DNA of 64,000 nt from Tubiluchus corallicola (Eukaryota; Animalia; Priapulida). The stretch spans positions 620,001 to 684,000 of the forward strand of contig JAQGDQ010000072.1 of NCBI GenBank assembly GCA_030141605.1, read 5' to 3'. The stretch's first letter is position 1. Each line of letters starts with the position of its first letter. The translations under genes and the position numbers were made by a program. A model generated the notes under the pieces. It had not been told where the DNA came from. It saw only the letters and a program-made list of their open reading frames with translations, and searched no databases. Positions 40,126 through 54,188 of the stretch are shown here, in pieces.

Positions 40126-42640
40126 AACGGAAATGTGATTTCTAATTTACATCACAAGTAATCTCTTAATAACCGTTTGGAAGATGCAAGTTTTTCTCAA
40201 CTGTTATTTTCCACAGTAATGATGAATTTTTGACAACTATTACTTATAGATGTCACTATCATCAAAGAATGGTAGATTTGATTTTTGAGACTGAATTTTG
40301 GTGTAAAATTACTTTTCAGAGTATATAAATGAAGCATGTTTTTAGTCTTATATCTTTACTACAAATGTGTACTGATACTTATTATGTATTATGGTGACTG
40401 TATAATGTCTGTAAACAAAAGTGTAATGTAAACCTAAACTTTATATAGATATTATGTATATGGGCAGTATTGTATTTCAGAGATCCTATAAAAACCTTTC
40501 CAAAGGTTTCACAAAATAAATACAAATGTGGTGGGTCGTCATAATTTTACATAAAGTTTATTTCAACATAGTTTTCATCAGGACCAGAGTTTTTTGTGCC
40601 CAGAAACTTGAAATGTACTTTAATACTAATACATTTCTATATTTGTTTATTTGTATCAGCAAATGGTGTTAGTTTAATCAAGCTTGCATATGTACATGTC
40701 TATATTTTTGCTTTTTCAACTATTATATTATATTCTATCAGATTTCCATGCATAAATTGAGGAAACTATTTTATTACTAAGTATGTGTTAGTAATGTTTT
40801 GGTCGTAAGTAGCTGTAGTCACTGTTGGGCACAACCTCCAAGGGCAGCCATTTTATAGCTACGCTAGACAAAGTTTTATGACATTGTTTAGCAGCAGTTC
40901 TTTCTAATGAAATTACCTGTTTATATACAAGCATTGCTGCTGCTGGCTGAATGTTGTACACCACTAATTTAAGATTTTGTTTTTTCAAAAATTATAAAAT
41001 CTATTCTATATTGTTCAGTATTAAAGATTAATATTTACTTTTGGGACCATGGTAAAAATGAACTTACCAAACTGTTTGTCTGGTATTTGTTACAGTAACT
41101 GTCAGTCTAGCTGCTGTAGTTAAAGCTCCCAGTGTTAACACGCTATCCTCGCATTTTGGTAATCTCGTATTTTTAAAATATTTATATGTTAAGTGTTTAT
41201 TTACGTATACTTCTATATTGTTATTTAGATTTTGTGTACCAACTAATCAAATCACTAATTTTGTCTCGGATTATAAAATACACCTGGCATCTGACAGACA
41301 TGCTGCAGCTGTACAGCTAATGTGTACTAGAGTTTGTTGAGATGTAGCAACTAAAAACTTTCGATTTAGTGTGTGATTTTTTTCACATACAACTCTTATA
41401 CCAATTGTTGAGATAAATGGACAACATTTATAAACCAAAGACTAGTTGGAGGGAACAGTACTGTCAGGAAATAGACTGATAGTACCTGGTGTAATATTGT
41501 GTATAATAATGCTTACTTGTATTCTACAGTGATTGCTTATACATATTGCTGCCTGTTGGTACTTGTAAACTTGCAAACGGATGTTTTTGTTTTTTATTAT
41601 TTAAGTTAAGCTTACACTTTGTAGCTTATAATAGCAAAAGGAACTCATTCAAAAGGGAAATTGTAAATAAGTTGATGCCTAGATATATATTGGCCAGTTT
41701 TTTATTCTGTGTGGCAGCTTTGTATGTGATAAATGGTGAACAATTGGCATTTAGGTTCTGTTAGTTTGCAACTTCAAAGTGTTGGTAGCAGGTAGGTTGT
41801 AAAGTAATGGACAGTAACTACCGTACAGCTATTTTTAATAGAATAAAAGTCTTTTGTGTAATGATAAATAAAAAATAATCATTTGAAGGTCCAAGATTCG
41901 TGCAAGAGGACACACTGAGTCAATTCATTGGTGATTTGATTTGCTGTTCCAAGGAGGTGATATGATAGGTTGTTCCAAAGTTTATTATAAGTACGTTAAT
42001 CTGCCCTGTGTAAACGTACGAGTGGAATTTTGGTTTAAAACACGAAATTATCATCAATTAACTGTAAAAGTTAATTTACACCTACATTAAATTCATTGTA
42101 TCAGGTAAAGGTTTATTTAGAGAAGCTACGTCAGAACAGACACTTTGTTTAAAGGACTTATTACAGCGCGATGATACAAAAATTTTGGAAGAAGCACTAA
42201 AAAGCTTTGTTGATCCATTAAAAGACTTTTATGCACTACGTGTGAGCAGCATCATGCTGACTGTTCGCTTATTCAGTCACTTTCATCTTTTAGCATGTAT
42301 ACCTGGTGAATTGCCGTGGTTATAGCTATTTTCTGTAGTATTATAGTGAAAATATAAATTGTCTGTTGTATTAACGGTTGTTTTTGCACTATAGCAACTG
42401 ATTGATACAAGTCACATATGGTAGTTTTAATTTGTATATGCAATCACTGTAGCATCCTTCATTAATTGTTATCCCTCTGCAACAGTCCAAAACGTGCCTT
42501 ACAAAGGTGCTAGCCTACACTGAGTATATTTTTTGTAAATTATCTGCAGATTCATATGACAAGCACTTGTATTGCAGAATTATTATTGAGAAAATTTAAT
42601 ATGTACAATGTTTTATTAAAATATACATTTTGTAAGCATC
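40126..42640 (+). other. Presumed long PTB 3'UTR with several polyadenylation signals
   Basis: AATAAA at 40515, 41842 and 41867; ATTAAA at 42615; the 3' end is inferred. Confidence 0.5.
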
Positions 42641-44629
42641 CAAACTGAAAAAAACTTGGTTGATGTGTTACTTTACTAAAACATCTGGCTGTGCCCAGCA
42701 CTTGTAGTATATTTCGTGATGTGTGTATTATGTATTACTAAACGACTACTATATTTTGTGTCTTTACTAGTATCCTACATAAGTAGATGCTGTTTTTCTT
42801 TGCTTTGCATTTAAAATCTGTCTGCCTATTCTTATCTGACTTGTAACCAAAATGTGGAGACGTTTGCGCATTTGTGGCTACGCTGACAAAATTGTGACTA
42901 AAATTGTTGATTTCATCCGTCGACACGTCTCTACATTAATGCTGGTAATCTAAAAATTTTGCTTGCTTACTGTCGTTTCTTTTACCACGTACGTACGAGA
43001 AGCAGCTCATGGTTGCTCATTTCTGCTGCAATGTTTTGTTTACACAAAATATCTCTGCTTCTCTTTTTCTGTGTTCAACTAATGCAAGGAAAATTATGAT
43101 AACCAGGAATGTTAAAACCAACAGTTTTGCTCATATGACTGCTGCTGTGTCACCAGTAGCACGATGTCAAAAAAATACCTGGTTTAGCTGTTCCTGGTAC
43201 AGTACAGAATACCGTATTACAAGTGTAGTAAAAAATCTGCTTGCAATTTTGTTTCTAATGAAATTTTAACGGTGTTCTTGGTACTGTGGTAGATAATACT
43301 TCCACTGTTTCTTATCTCTGTATCTCTATGCTTCATTATCATATTAAATTACTTTAATGAATTTCTTCAATCGCTAGCTACTTTTGTTTCATCTTCTTGG
43401 TTATGTGTATTCTTTGTTTCTTTCTTTCAATGGTACATAAATGATCGCCGTCCTTTATTACTTTTCCGTCTCATTTTTCAGTTTGCAAAATTTTAATAGT
43501 ATTTCTAGATTAGTGGTATTTACACCACCTAGTAAAGGTAACAGATAATATACAACCGTCACCATCTAATATCATCATCACCACAATTTAAGTTCACAAG
43601 CATTGTAATGAGTAGCACTATTTGTCAACAGTTTCGTAGATGGTGATATCAAGTTAGTGGTAAAAGTACCTGACATATCCACATGAAATAGAAGCTTTTT
43701 TGCGGTGACCAACAAATTGAATCTGCTTCAACCCCGAACTGCGATCTTTTATCGTCAAAGTGCACGTATTTAAATTGCATGTGTTTTTCAATTTTACATA
43801 AATACGAAAATACTGACAAAATTGGAAACAATCTTGATCACAAGAGCTCAAATAATGTAAAATCCACTGCAGATTGTTTTAATATATAACAATACATAGT
43901 TTTTAATTAACAAGAAATATTGATCTACAACGAAAACAAAATTTATATGATCAAGTTTTACAATAGAGTGTCAATCTCATTATCGATACGATGCAAACAA
44001 TGAATGCTGTACATTAAGGTATTACAGTACTTAAAACTCCACAGTGTGTTTTGTAATTAAGCACACCGTTTAATGAAAGGCTCTTTAACGGCAAACAAAC
44101 ACAAATACCACCAAGTGACGCATACTTTGACAGTATGTTTGAGACAAAGTCTTCAGCTGGGTTTTAGAATAACTATAAATTTTATTCTAGCATTTCCTAA
44201 ATGATTAATGTAAGAACATGAATCACCAGTCCACATTTTCACCATAGGTCTAAATGCATTCAGAAATACTAGAGCACTGTATACTACTCACCACTCACCA
44301 TTTTTGCATTACAAACTATGTATATAGCTGAGCTGTATTAAAGTCAGTTCGTTTAAAAAAATCAGGTGCCATTAGTGGCTAAACTCTAGTGACTGAGTGG
44401 ATCGGAGATGGCAGATGGACTGTTGACATCTGATTCAATAAGTTGGTTTTTAGAGGTGGAAACTGCACAAACTGCAAAATTGCTTTTCAACTGCAGCAAG
44501 TCTAGTTTTGGAATTCTCTTCTGTAACCTTTACATAGTGCTAGGGCAGCATCAACAAAGCATTGTCAGTGTAAGCAGTCTAAAATTTATTAACGTTTTCT
44601 CCAAATATCATGGAAGCTTTGGCCCGTCA

Positions 44630-44699
44630 TCAAGACCATGGAAGTGTCATAGGTTGTGGATTTTGCAGATAAGACATAACTACGGCAGACATAGATAAC
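44630..44699 (-). CDS. WDR83OS: Asterix coding exon 4
   Basis: [22 protein letters not shown] with tandem TGATGA; AATAAA on - at 44585-44590; total 114 aa. Confidence 0.96.
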
Positions 44700-45869
44700 C
44701 TAAAAACAAATATACATTTATTTAATTTGAAGCTAAATGAAGCTCATTGGAAAAAAATCAGTGTGTGACTACACCAGACTACACACTGATATTTATGAAG
44801 GTTAGTTCCAGAATTTCAATTGATGAAAGTAACATCTAACATATTTTTTAAAGTCTATCAAAACTGCAACGTCAAAAAGCAATGCCACATTTGCACAACT
44901 GTGAACAAGTTGCTGTAGAAACCAGATTACTCGTAATATGAACGCCCGCAAAAAACTGCTTAGTCTAGAGTAAATTTAAGTGTTAATTGGCAAAAACTAA
45001 TATCCATTTTCAACAGTATACAGAATCTTGTCAATCGGCGAATTTTGGACAACTGCATTTTTACTCCATAAATTACTATTCTTCTTAACACATACATCCT
45101 GAATACTCATGTTACTAAACATTGCATTACGCTGAAAGTAGCAAGTCTTCACATCAATTTAGAAACGAAGTAACCCAAAATATACGTAACAAAAACTTCT
45201 GCACTGTAGTGATTTTTTTGCATGACTTAAAGGAAAACAGCATGATTTTCCATTTCATACCCCACTTTGAAGTATACATTTTAACACATTTAATAATGCC
45301 AAGACATTTCTGATAAATAAATAATAGGTTAAAACTTTAATGATGAGCAGGCCCAGCTAGTAATGACATCACAACTGAACATAAGTTTTAACAGTACAAA
45401 TATGTACCTTGCACATATTTGAGAAAACGGAAATTATGGTACAGTGCTACCTTTACAACATTCAGTGTGATATACAGAAACTCGGCAAATTTAAAATTCA
45501 AATTTCAAGTTCACCACTGTGGTCATGCCTGAGTTCTCAGACGTGTAACACGTCAGACCCGAACATTTCCGAACTGTTTTTGTTTCCGACATGTAGAAAC
45601 GTGTTTCCGAGATGTAGGCACTAGTGTGTGTCTAACTAGCGAATGGCAAAATGCATGTAACAGCAAAGAACTAGCCTTACAAATGCGAAATTACATTTCT
45701 GTGACAATAATTCTTTTACATAAATCATTCCTGAAAAAATAGCACGTTCCCTTTCTACATTAAATAGTTTAGAATGTTTTCTGCTAAGTTTAAGACTGGA
45801 TCCTGTTTTCCTTCAAATTTCACACACATGAATATTCCATGAAGTAATGGTCTACAAAAAGGTTCTTAC

Positions 45870-45967
45870 ATAAAACTGCTAAGTATCTGTTTTGTGTCAT
45901 CTGATGTTTTGGAGTTGGCAAAGCTAATGCAAGAGCAATATAGAGCAACCCACGCACACCATTTCAT
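45870..45967 (-). CDS. WDR83OS: Asterix coding exon 3
   Basis: [32 protein letters not shown](M); 98 nt. Confidence 0.96.
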
Positions 45968-47202
45968 CTGTAAACACAAAAAACTATCAATAATTAGAAA
46001 TGTTGCAAAGTTCTAGTTACAAGTTACATACAGCAATATGATGCAGCCAGAAGAAGCTATAAACATAAATTATAATGGTTAAGCAACTAAATTTACATGA
46101 ATAAATAATGTAATCAATAGTTAATTTGTCATTTCCACAATTTCCTGTGGTTATTAGTTGTATGAGTAGCAATTTTGTACTTGAGTGGATAGATGCGTGA
46201 TATGTGAATGGCATGTGGCTGCCGCTGGGCTAATACTCACTCTCTGCGGTAGCACCTGTAAACCTTGGCTGTTTACACCGCAGATTGTATACCCATCCAA
46301 ACACGGCTTAAACACCTCTACTGGTTCAGTGGCTCATCATAGAGGGTTCTCCTTGATAGTAAGTTATACTTCAATCATGTCACCACACCACAAACATCTC
46401 ATTGAATATGCCCTGCCTTTGAAGGCTGTTATTCGGTTTGCAGTGTGTATACAGTTTATGTGAATGCTGTATAATTATACAGTTCACTGATGAATAATAC
46501 TCATGTTGTATTGTTTTGTTCATCAATAAACTTACTAAGATATAAAAAAATTCTGGATCCATCTTAAAACAGCTCTGGATAAATGAATTAGCAAGAACGA
46601 ACACCCTAATAATATAGTAAATTGGGTAATCCTAAGGTGCTGTATCTGATAAACTAAATCTATTAAAAATATTGTAACAGGGGCAAATGCAATTTATTTT
46701 CAGTCCTTTCTACATTGTATTGGTACTTGTCAATATGAAGCATTGTATACCAGGCATAAATCCATTGATATGAAATGGCCTTGTTGAACAAACAGGTGCA
46801 TTTTATAACTCAGCACCTTTCCGTAATTGCAACCAGCATAAACATGGAACAAATGCCTGGCAGTGTTTCACTCCATAAATTTCCACTCCTATGGCATTAC
46901 TGGTTATGGATTGCAAGACAGCAACAATCCAGTATTGAATCCTGGACTTCTTGGATGCCGTCTTATTACATTACAATATTATGGACATCTCATGTAGACG
47001 ACTTACTCAACCATCTAAATTTCCATTTCTAACATGCAGTGATGAGCCAGAATAAGTACTAATTTATGCTTTCCACAACATGACAATTTGAAATACACAA
47101 GAATTTCTTTTTGTCATAGTATACAGACCATTAACCACTATACAAAAATTTACACTATACAATGTACATTACAATCACTAGCACTAAACCATTAAAGCTT
47201 AC

Positions 47203-47308
47203 CCTCATCATGAGACCGCAAATGCTAAATATCATACCAAGAACATTCATGTAATCTGGCACAGGGTCATCTGAAACACCATTGTTTGCTGTAGTATTTG
47301 GCTTATAC
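47203..47308 (-). CDS. WDR83OS: Asterix coding exon 2
   Basis: YKP...[23 protein letters not shown]; 106 nt. Confidence 0.96.
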
Positions 47309-47766
47309 CTAGCACAAACAAAAAAAATAAAGTGATGCAATAGTCAAAAATAGCTCTAATTAAAGCACGAACATGTTCTCACCCAAATACTGAACCTTTG
47401 AAATTCCGCAATTGCTAATGTGACTACATATGTGAAACTAGCAAAAGGTCAACATAAAAACCTAGTCAGACAAAAGCTATCTGATGAAAAATTATTAGAA
47501 AGAAAATACTCTTTAAGTGATGAGGAAGCCTTCAGATCCAAATTCACCGATGTTGAAAATTCTTCATTTTTCAACACTTCAGACATGTTGGCACTTCTAA
47601 AGATAAGACTGGATGAACACATTCCGACTCCTAAGAATCATTATGTTTGACCTGAGAGACCTTCCACCATTTGGAGTGATCTCCTTCTAATGGTCATTGC
47701 CAACTTTAAATATTCACTTTGGTTATCAATGGCTGAGAGTGGGCTTAAAAATCATAAAATTGTTAC

Positions 47767-47837
47767 CTCTGAATTTTCCCTGGCCTTCGTGGATCATTGA
47801 TGTTGTTACCCTGATTAGCAACTCCAGAAACTGACAT
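47767..47837 (-). CDS. WDR83OS: PAT complex subunit Asterix (not Drosophila asterix/Gtsf1), coding exon 1
   Basis: MSVSGVANQGNNINDPRRPGKIQ(R); DPRRP motif; AG|GTAACA donor. Confidence 0.92.
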
Positions 47838-50800
47838 AGTGAAATTAGTGATACGATCTTACATGCACCTGGTGCCTAATTAGTGAACTGGTTTAGGAAA
47901 CTGTAATGATAAATTTATTAAATTAAGATCCTATTACAACAGCATAAAGAAGCGAGATGTAAAAACTGATAATTAACTGGGAAATTAAATTTTTAGGACA
48001 AGTTCACATCTTGTGAGGAGATATAGAAAAGCCAAGGAAGACTTTACATATTTATTTATTTATTTTATAAAGAACATTTACAAAATATCTTACAAAAGAT
48101 GAGACTGACAGGCTATGTTAACTTACTTGGCTTTTTTTGGGATCATACTGTACTCTTTCTGAGGGAAAAACTTGCTCAGCCAACTTATATCAGAGATTTT
48201 CGTATTCGTGTTAACGCTTAAATATTTTCCACCCGTATTTACGTTATTCTTACCAGGTGGTTCTCAATAATAAAATTTTTCTTATCAAGTATAATTTCGA
48301 AAATTTATATAAATTTAATTTATATTCACAGTTTTTAGCATTGTGAATTAGCCAATACTGTATTGTATACATGTAAGAAAACAAACAATTTTTATAATTA
48401 CATCAGTGGCTACATACAAGTGTTATTTACAGTAATTCTTACACTTTATCAGCTGGCTTTCTTAAGTAGATTGATGGTTACATATATGTTAATACAGTTA
48501 TACAGTAACCAATTACTGAGCCTACTCAGGGAGGAGTCATCCATGATCCATCATCATCTCATGCAAGGCCACTTGAAAGTTCTTTTTTATTTCTTCACTA
48601 GTTTAATTATTTGCTACTGCTAATTTATTTCTCCACTGTTCATACCGACTGCTTTATTTGTATTATCTTTCAAAGACTAATGGTCGATCTAAACCTATAC
48701 TTACAATGTGTCTCTTGTAAGTATTGTACTAGTTCAAACAATACCACACCATTATTAAATCTAGGTTTACCACACCTTTAAAAAATTAATCTCAAATACC
48801 TTAACCATAAATAGCATGTCTATCTAAATTTTTAAAACCATGTTTGCAAAATATAATTCCAGGTTGCTGTAACAGTGGTACAAACCTTCTGAAATTTATT
48901 AGTTGTATTTAATACATATCTAGGTTAATAATATAATACAATATTATCATGTTATTTATTATTCAATCAGTTTAATTTTACAAGTACATGAAATTTCTGC
49001 TTCATTAGTTTTCTCTGTTGTATAACCCGATTAAATTTGTTAGCTATTTTGCTTATCTATATACAAATACACAATTAGTTACTAGTTTACTTTTCCTTAT
49101 TAATTTTATTATTTACTTTTGTTTTGCTTAAATCACCAAAATTAAGTTGAGCTTGAATAACTCGCGATTACATTGCGAATACAAATACATACCCCATTCT
49201 TCATGAAAACTTCATGTTAAAGAATTCTTTGCAAAAGTTCAAAAAATTCACAAGGGGAGAACGCCTACGCTGCATGCACTACACACATCACTGTCTGAGT
49301 ATTTGTTTACACCAACAAGCAGCGTCAACATACAGTACACTTATGCAGTTTATACCTTGTGACGGTATCACGGTAAAGATTGACTTATTGTGGATGGAAT
49401 GCATGATTTGCTCGGTTTCGGTCATCGTGATTGTTCTTATTGAAAAACAGTAATGGAATTCGTCACACTAGGATTCAGCGATTAGACGGGCCTTTCGATG
49501 CAGCCGTCAGACGGAAAGTGTTGGAATACGAAGCCAAAATATAAAAACTTTTACTTAGTTTCCAATGAGCAACAGAAAATTATTGAAGCAATGAAAGCAC
49601 AATCTAAAAAAGCTCGATTCATACCTACAAACTGCAAAACAATCTGTGTGTGACAATTTCTCGTCTGTTTGCTCCGAAAAATGAGTTTAGAACATGATGA
49701 ACTGTAGTGTTAAAAATATTGTGCTTACACTTCGGACAGATTACATAAGATCCAGTTTTTGGTAGTGCCTTTTTAATTTGTTTCATTTTAAGCCAAAGCG
49801 CATAGTTTATCGATGCAGTTTAGTCATCTCGAGATTTGTATCCATTTCAATAAAAATATCGCAATTACATTACGTAATGCAATTTTTTGCGTTAAAATTT
49901 TATGTATGATGTTTCTTCTTCCTGAATTTTGAATATTAACTAAAGAAAAAGACATTGTAAATCGTAAATTCACAACTGTAAATTGTTTATACTTACACCA
50001 TAAACAATGAGTTCCGTATATTTGGTAATTTGTGTAGCACAAAGAGCATTGTACTAGATTGTTTTGTACTACACATACTTTTTCAACTTTGTAATAGAAT
50101 GAGTGTCAGAATAACCTTGCTTGAAATAACATAATAAATAATTATTTTGTCATCGAATACATTATATCGTTACTTTTTTATTTTGTAAAAGTGGATAATA
50201 ATACGTTAATAATAAATGTATTATTATCATTAATTTTTATTTCAGTCCAACTGACCACAAGAATTTTATTTAATCCTAATATTTTAATAATACTGCAGTG
50301 TAAAAATGAACACAACATATTGTAATCATGTAAAAACAAAAGCTAACGAACAACAGTTAAATTTCCAGTTGATATTAAAAGTCTCACTGACTGAAACATG
50401 ACAAAGTTAGAAATGTTCATATATGTTTAATCACTAATTCTAGAGCTAATATGTTATAGTCTCTTTGTCCACGGGGTTCGCATATTTTTGTCAAGGCTGA
50501 TAAAATGAAGACATTACTAAAAATTGTCACATTAGCATTATAATTAAGCTTCAGCGAGTTTCTCTGCATTTACAAATTCATTAATTCTTCTAATACAATG
50601 AGGTTACTTTATCTGACTTATTTTACAAGAAAAGAACTTTTGTTACCAAGGCCCACACTTTTGTAGCTTGTATTGCTGACAATGTTTTCAATTAATGCCA
50701 CAAAAATTTTAACAATATGCAGTAGTTTTACTTTTGCACATCTATTAGAATATACCATAATGGACTTAATGGACTTATAACTTTCGACGGTAGTAAAATA

Positions 50801-51809
50801 TATTGCTTTTGATGTAAACATCTTAATGAGCGTTACGACAATCGTTTCTATCAGCTGACTACCTATCCGACCCAAGGTCAAATACTGTCATGCAGTAATA
50901 ACAGCTTTATTTTTAGCCCAGTTGTGTATGACAGTATCACAACAAACTGCGAGTACACTCTGCTACGTCATCAGCAGAGCTGTGCTAGTTCAATTTTTCA
51001 CCTGGAGAGGCGTAAGTGCAGCTCCATCGAGTTTCCCACGAGATACAAAAAAAGTTAATTATTCATTAATTAGACAACGTACTGCTAAAAAATTTCGCCA
51101 AGTTGTTCACAGGGAAGGCAGCTATAAAATAAGTTTAACTTCATTTTCTACTTATATAAAATTATAATCTTTGTTATAATGTTTACTTGCCACGCAGCAG
51201 TTATAGTACCCTCACTATTCAGAGATAGCAGACATGATAAGCATTTAGTCTTTTGTCATCTCGTGCTTTTTAAAACTTTGTACTGTAGACTATTATCGAG
51301 TACTACTACTAAAGTACTATCCAGTGTTTATTTGAAGGCAAAAAATTATTCTGATTCCGATTAGTTCTTACACCAACATATGGGGAGAAATGACAAACAT
51401 TATTAAATTTACGTCAGAAGTTAGTTTTACAAAATTTACAATAATGACATTAAAAATACAATAAAATAATCAAAATTGGGAGAAAGCATGTCTACTAAGT
51501 ACTATTGAGTATTGTGTAATTATTATTTCGAAAATCACTGCTGTACATTAAAATGCCAAAAATATGTAAAAAGGCAATGGATGAATTATTTAGATACTAA
51601 TGAAGCAGGTTAGACACTCAGCAAGTACAAAATACTTACCAAGAAATGTTTGGTTTCACGCTACTAACCTACCTGTCTACCTAACACGTAGTTACTAGCT
51701 ACTACTTACTTAGCCTAAATTACAGCTGAAATGAAGCGAAAGCAAAAATGACGAAATTAAAATAACACATATTCTGCCTGTGGCAAGGACTACAACAGTA
51801 ACAAATGGC

Positions 51810-52490
51810 GCCCATCAATTCTTTTGATGATTTTGAAAGCTTGTATTAAATCAGCATGCGTCCTTCTAGTTAATAGTGTATGCAGACGTTTAAGTCGCTG
51901 ACAATGTGGAACATTCATCGACTCTTCAACCTTTTTGTAGCCCTTCTTTGGACACCCTCGATCAGGATCAGACATATCTTTAATAAAGCACGGATTCCAA
52001 ACAGGACTGGCATATTACACAATTGGACAGACTTTCGATTTATGTAGCGTGATAAGTATGCTTGTCTTTTTATTAATGAGTGTTCTGTTTATCATGCCAA
52101 CTATCATGTTTGCTTTTTTGACTTTAATGGAGATGTGCTTTCCAGGTTTTACTTTTGATGATATTATGACACCTAAGTCAGTTTCTCCTGGAGTACATTT
52201 CATGAAGTGTTATTAACTGTGTGATCTTGGTGTGGATTTGAAATCCTATATGCATTAATTTACACTTGCTTTCATCGACTAAAATTTGCCATTCTTGTGA
52301 CCAATTAAAAAGCACTTGTAAAGAGTTTTTTGGGACAAAATTTCATCATAAATATGTGCCCATTCTACTGCACATTTTGAAGTCATACGCAAATTTAGAC
52401 AATTTTATTCCTACACCTTCGTCAATATCATTTACATAAACTAGAAACAAGAGGGGTCCCAGAACTGATCCTTGAGATACCCCAGCACAA
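51810..52490 (-). mobile_element. Decayed non-LTR retrotransposon (CR1/L2-like) RT fragment
   Basis: GVSQGSVLGPLLFLVYVNDI...SKFAYD (decayed FADD), DLGVIISSK, YASPVWNP motifs, with stops and frameshifts; possible endonuclease remnant up to about 53040. Confidence 0.85.
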
Positions 52491-53260
52491 ACAGGCACAT
52501 ACTTCGAGAAACTGTTCCCAATTGCAGTTTGGGTTGGGTTCTGAATAGGGCTTTCTGAATTGTCTGATTAATTCTAGCCAAACCTGGAGTGGTGTGTCTG
52601 ACAGTGTTGCTTCTTGTATATCAGATGTAGTGATTTGGTCTGTTAGTATTCTGTCTGTGTTCTGCACAGAGAAGAGTTCATTTTAAGTTTGGTTGTTTAT
52701 AGGAATCTGCTAATTTGGCTTTTGCTGTGAAGTATATACTGTATAATTATTGTGTTGTACAGGAGTGTTTGTGTGAAATAGATCACACTATTCAAGACAG
52801 TGTTGGGTGGATTGGGGCTTTTGTTAATGCAATAGATTCGAGTTTGTTGCACTTTACATGTGTGTTCTGTACAGACCAGATAGTATAAACCTGAATTTAG
52901 CCACGAAATTCCCAAAAAACATTTCCCGAGTCCTGATAATTCATTTATCTTAAAAAGCAATGATTGGTCAGTCTAGTGTTTCAGTTTCTGATAATAGTAC
53001 TATATGTCCTCTGATAATATGCAATATAGCTTTCCTGTTCTACTGCTGACAAGTTTCAGCTAATTCAGTTATTGCTGCAAACTGTCCGGGTCGACTACAT
53101 CTGGAATATGCCAGTCAAGTGCGAAGCAATTCTTATTAATTGAATTACATCAAAATACTAGTGACTAGAAGATGACCAAAAAATCAAAAGACATGATTGA
53201 AACCTTGAATGCCATACTAGGATTAAGATACTGTCATGTATTGATAATACTGCTAACAAT

Positions 53261-54188
53261 GGTATGAATCGGTTAGTTTTCATGAGGACACTTCTATCTG
53301 AGAAAGGTATAGGTCCAACTCAAGAGTGAGCAAGAGCCATCGAAGATGCATGAGAGCCGGAAACTTCGGAAGTTCGTAGCTTCTTAGGACTCATTGGATT
53401 CAGTAGCCAATTTATCCCAGATTTCGCTACTATATCGGAGCCGCTTCGCAAGCTAACTCGAAAAGGAGAACCATTTGAATTTGGACTAGAACAGAAGGAA
53501 GCATTCAAGTTGCTGAAACAAAAGTTGGCAAAAGCTGCTACACTGGCTTATTATGATAAAGATGCACCAATTAAAGTCATAGCTGATGCAGGGCCTGTTG
53601 GTCTTGGAGCTGTATTGATTCAAAAGAAAGATGGTGACATGCAACCAGTCTGCTATGCAAGTCGTAGTTTGACCGCATGTGAGAGAAGATACTCGCAAAC
53701 GGAGAAAGAGGCTTTAGCACTGGTCTGGGCATGCGAACGATTTCATGCATACGTATATGGATAAAAGTTTGAACTGTTAACTGACCATAGAGTTTTGCAA
53801 ACTATTTACGGTCCTAGATCAAAACCATGGTACACGGATAGAACGTTTGGTACTACGGTTGCAACCGTATAACTATAAAGTAGTTTACGTGCCAGGACAA
53901 CAGAACATTGCTGACCCACTATCACGTCTTTTAAGAGTAGAGGATGCCAACAATCATGAACATGGTGCAGAGGAGTATGTAGGCACAAAATAAAGCCTTC
54001 GAACCAAGGTGTGGTGGCCTGGCATGGATAAAGCAGCTACGAAATTTTGCAAGTCATGCCATGGATGTCAAATTGTTGCTCGTCCCGATCCGCCAGAACC
54101 ATTGAGGCCTACGGTATTGCCAGATGGACCATGGCTGGACCTTGCCATTGACTTACTTGGTCCATTACCTTCTGGTCATTCTATATTA
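53261..54188 (+). mobile_element. Decayed Ty3/gypsy pol fragment (RT end, RNase H, integrase start)
   Basis: EVRSFLGL, ADAGPVGLGAVLIQ, YASRSLT.ERRYSQTEKEALA, LLTDH, NIADPLSR, WWPGM..CKSCHGC, LAIDLLGPLP; internal stops. Confidence 0.93.

Noticed and set aside
43981-43988. Perfect DRE motif TATCGATA
   Set aside because: Lies between two convergent 3' ends with no first exon nearby; expected by chance in AT-rich DNA
44576-44632. Stop-codon readthrough or selenoprotein extension of Asterix
   Set aside because: Tandem TGATGA at the conserved C-terminus; no evident SECIS or readthrough motif
47420-47650. Protein-like plus-strand ORF inside Asterix intron 1
   Set aside because: GTG start, no recognizable domain or convincing splice sites; a small TE fragment cannot be excluded
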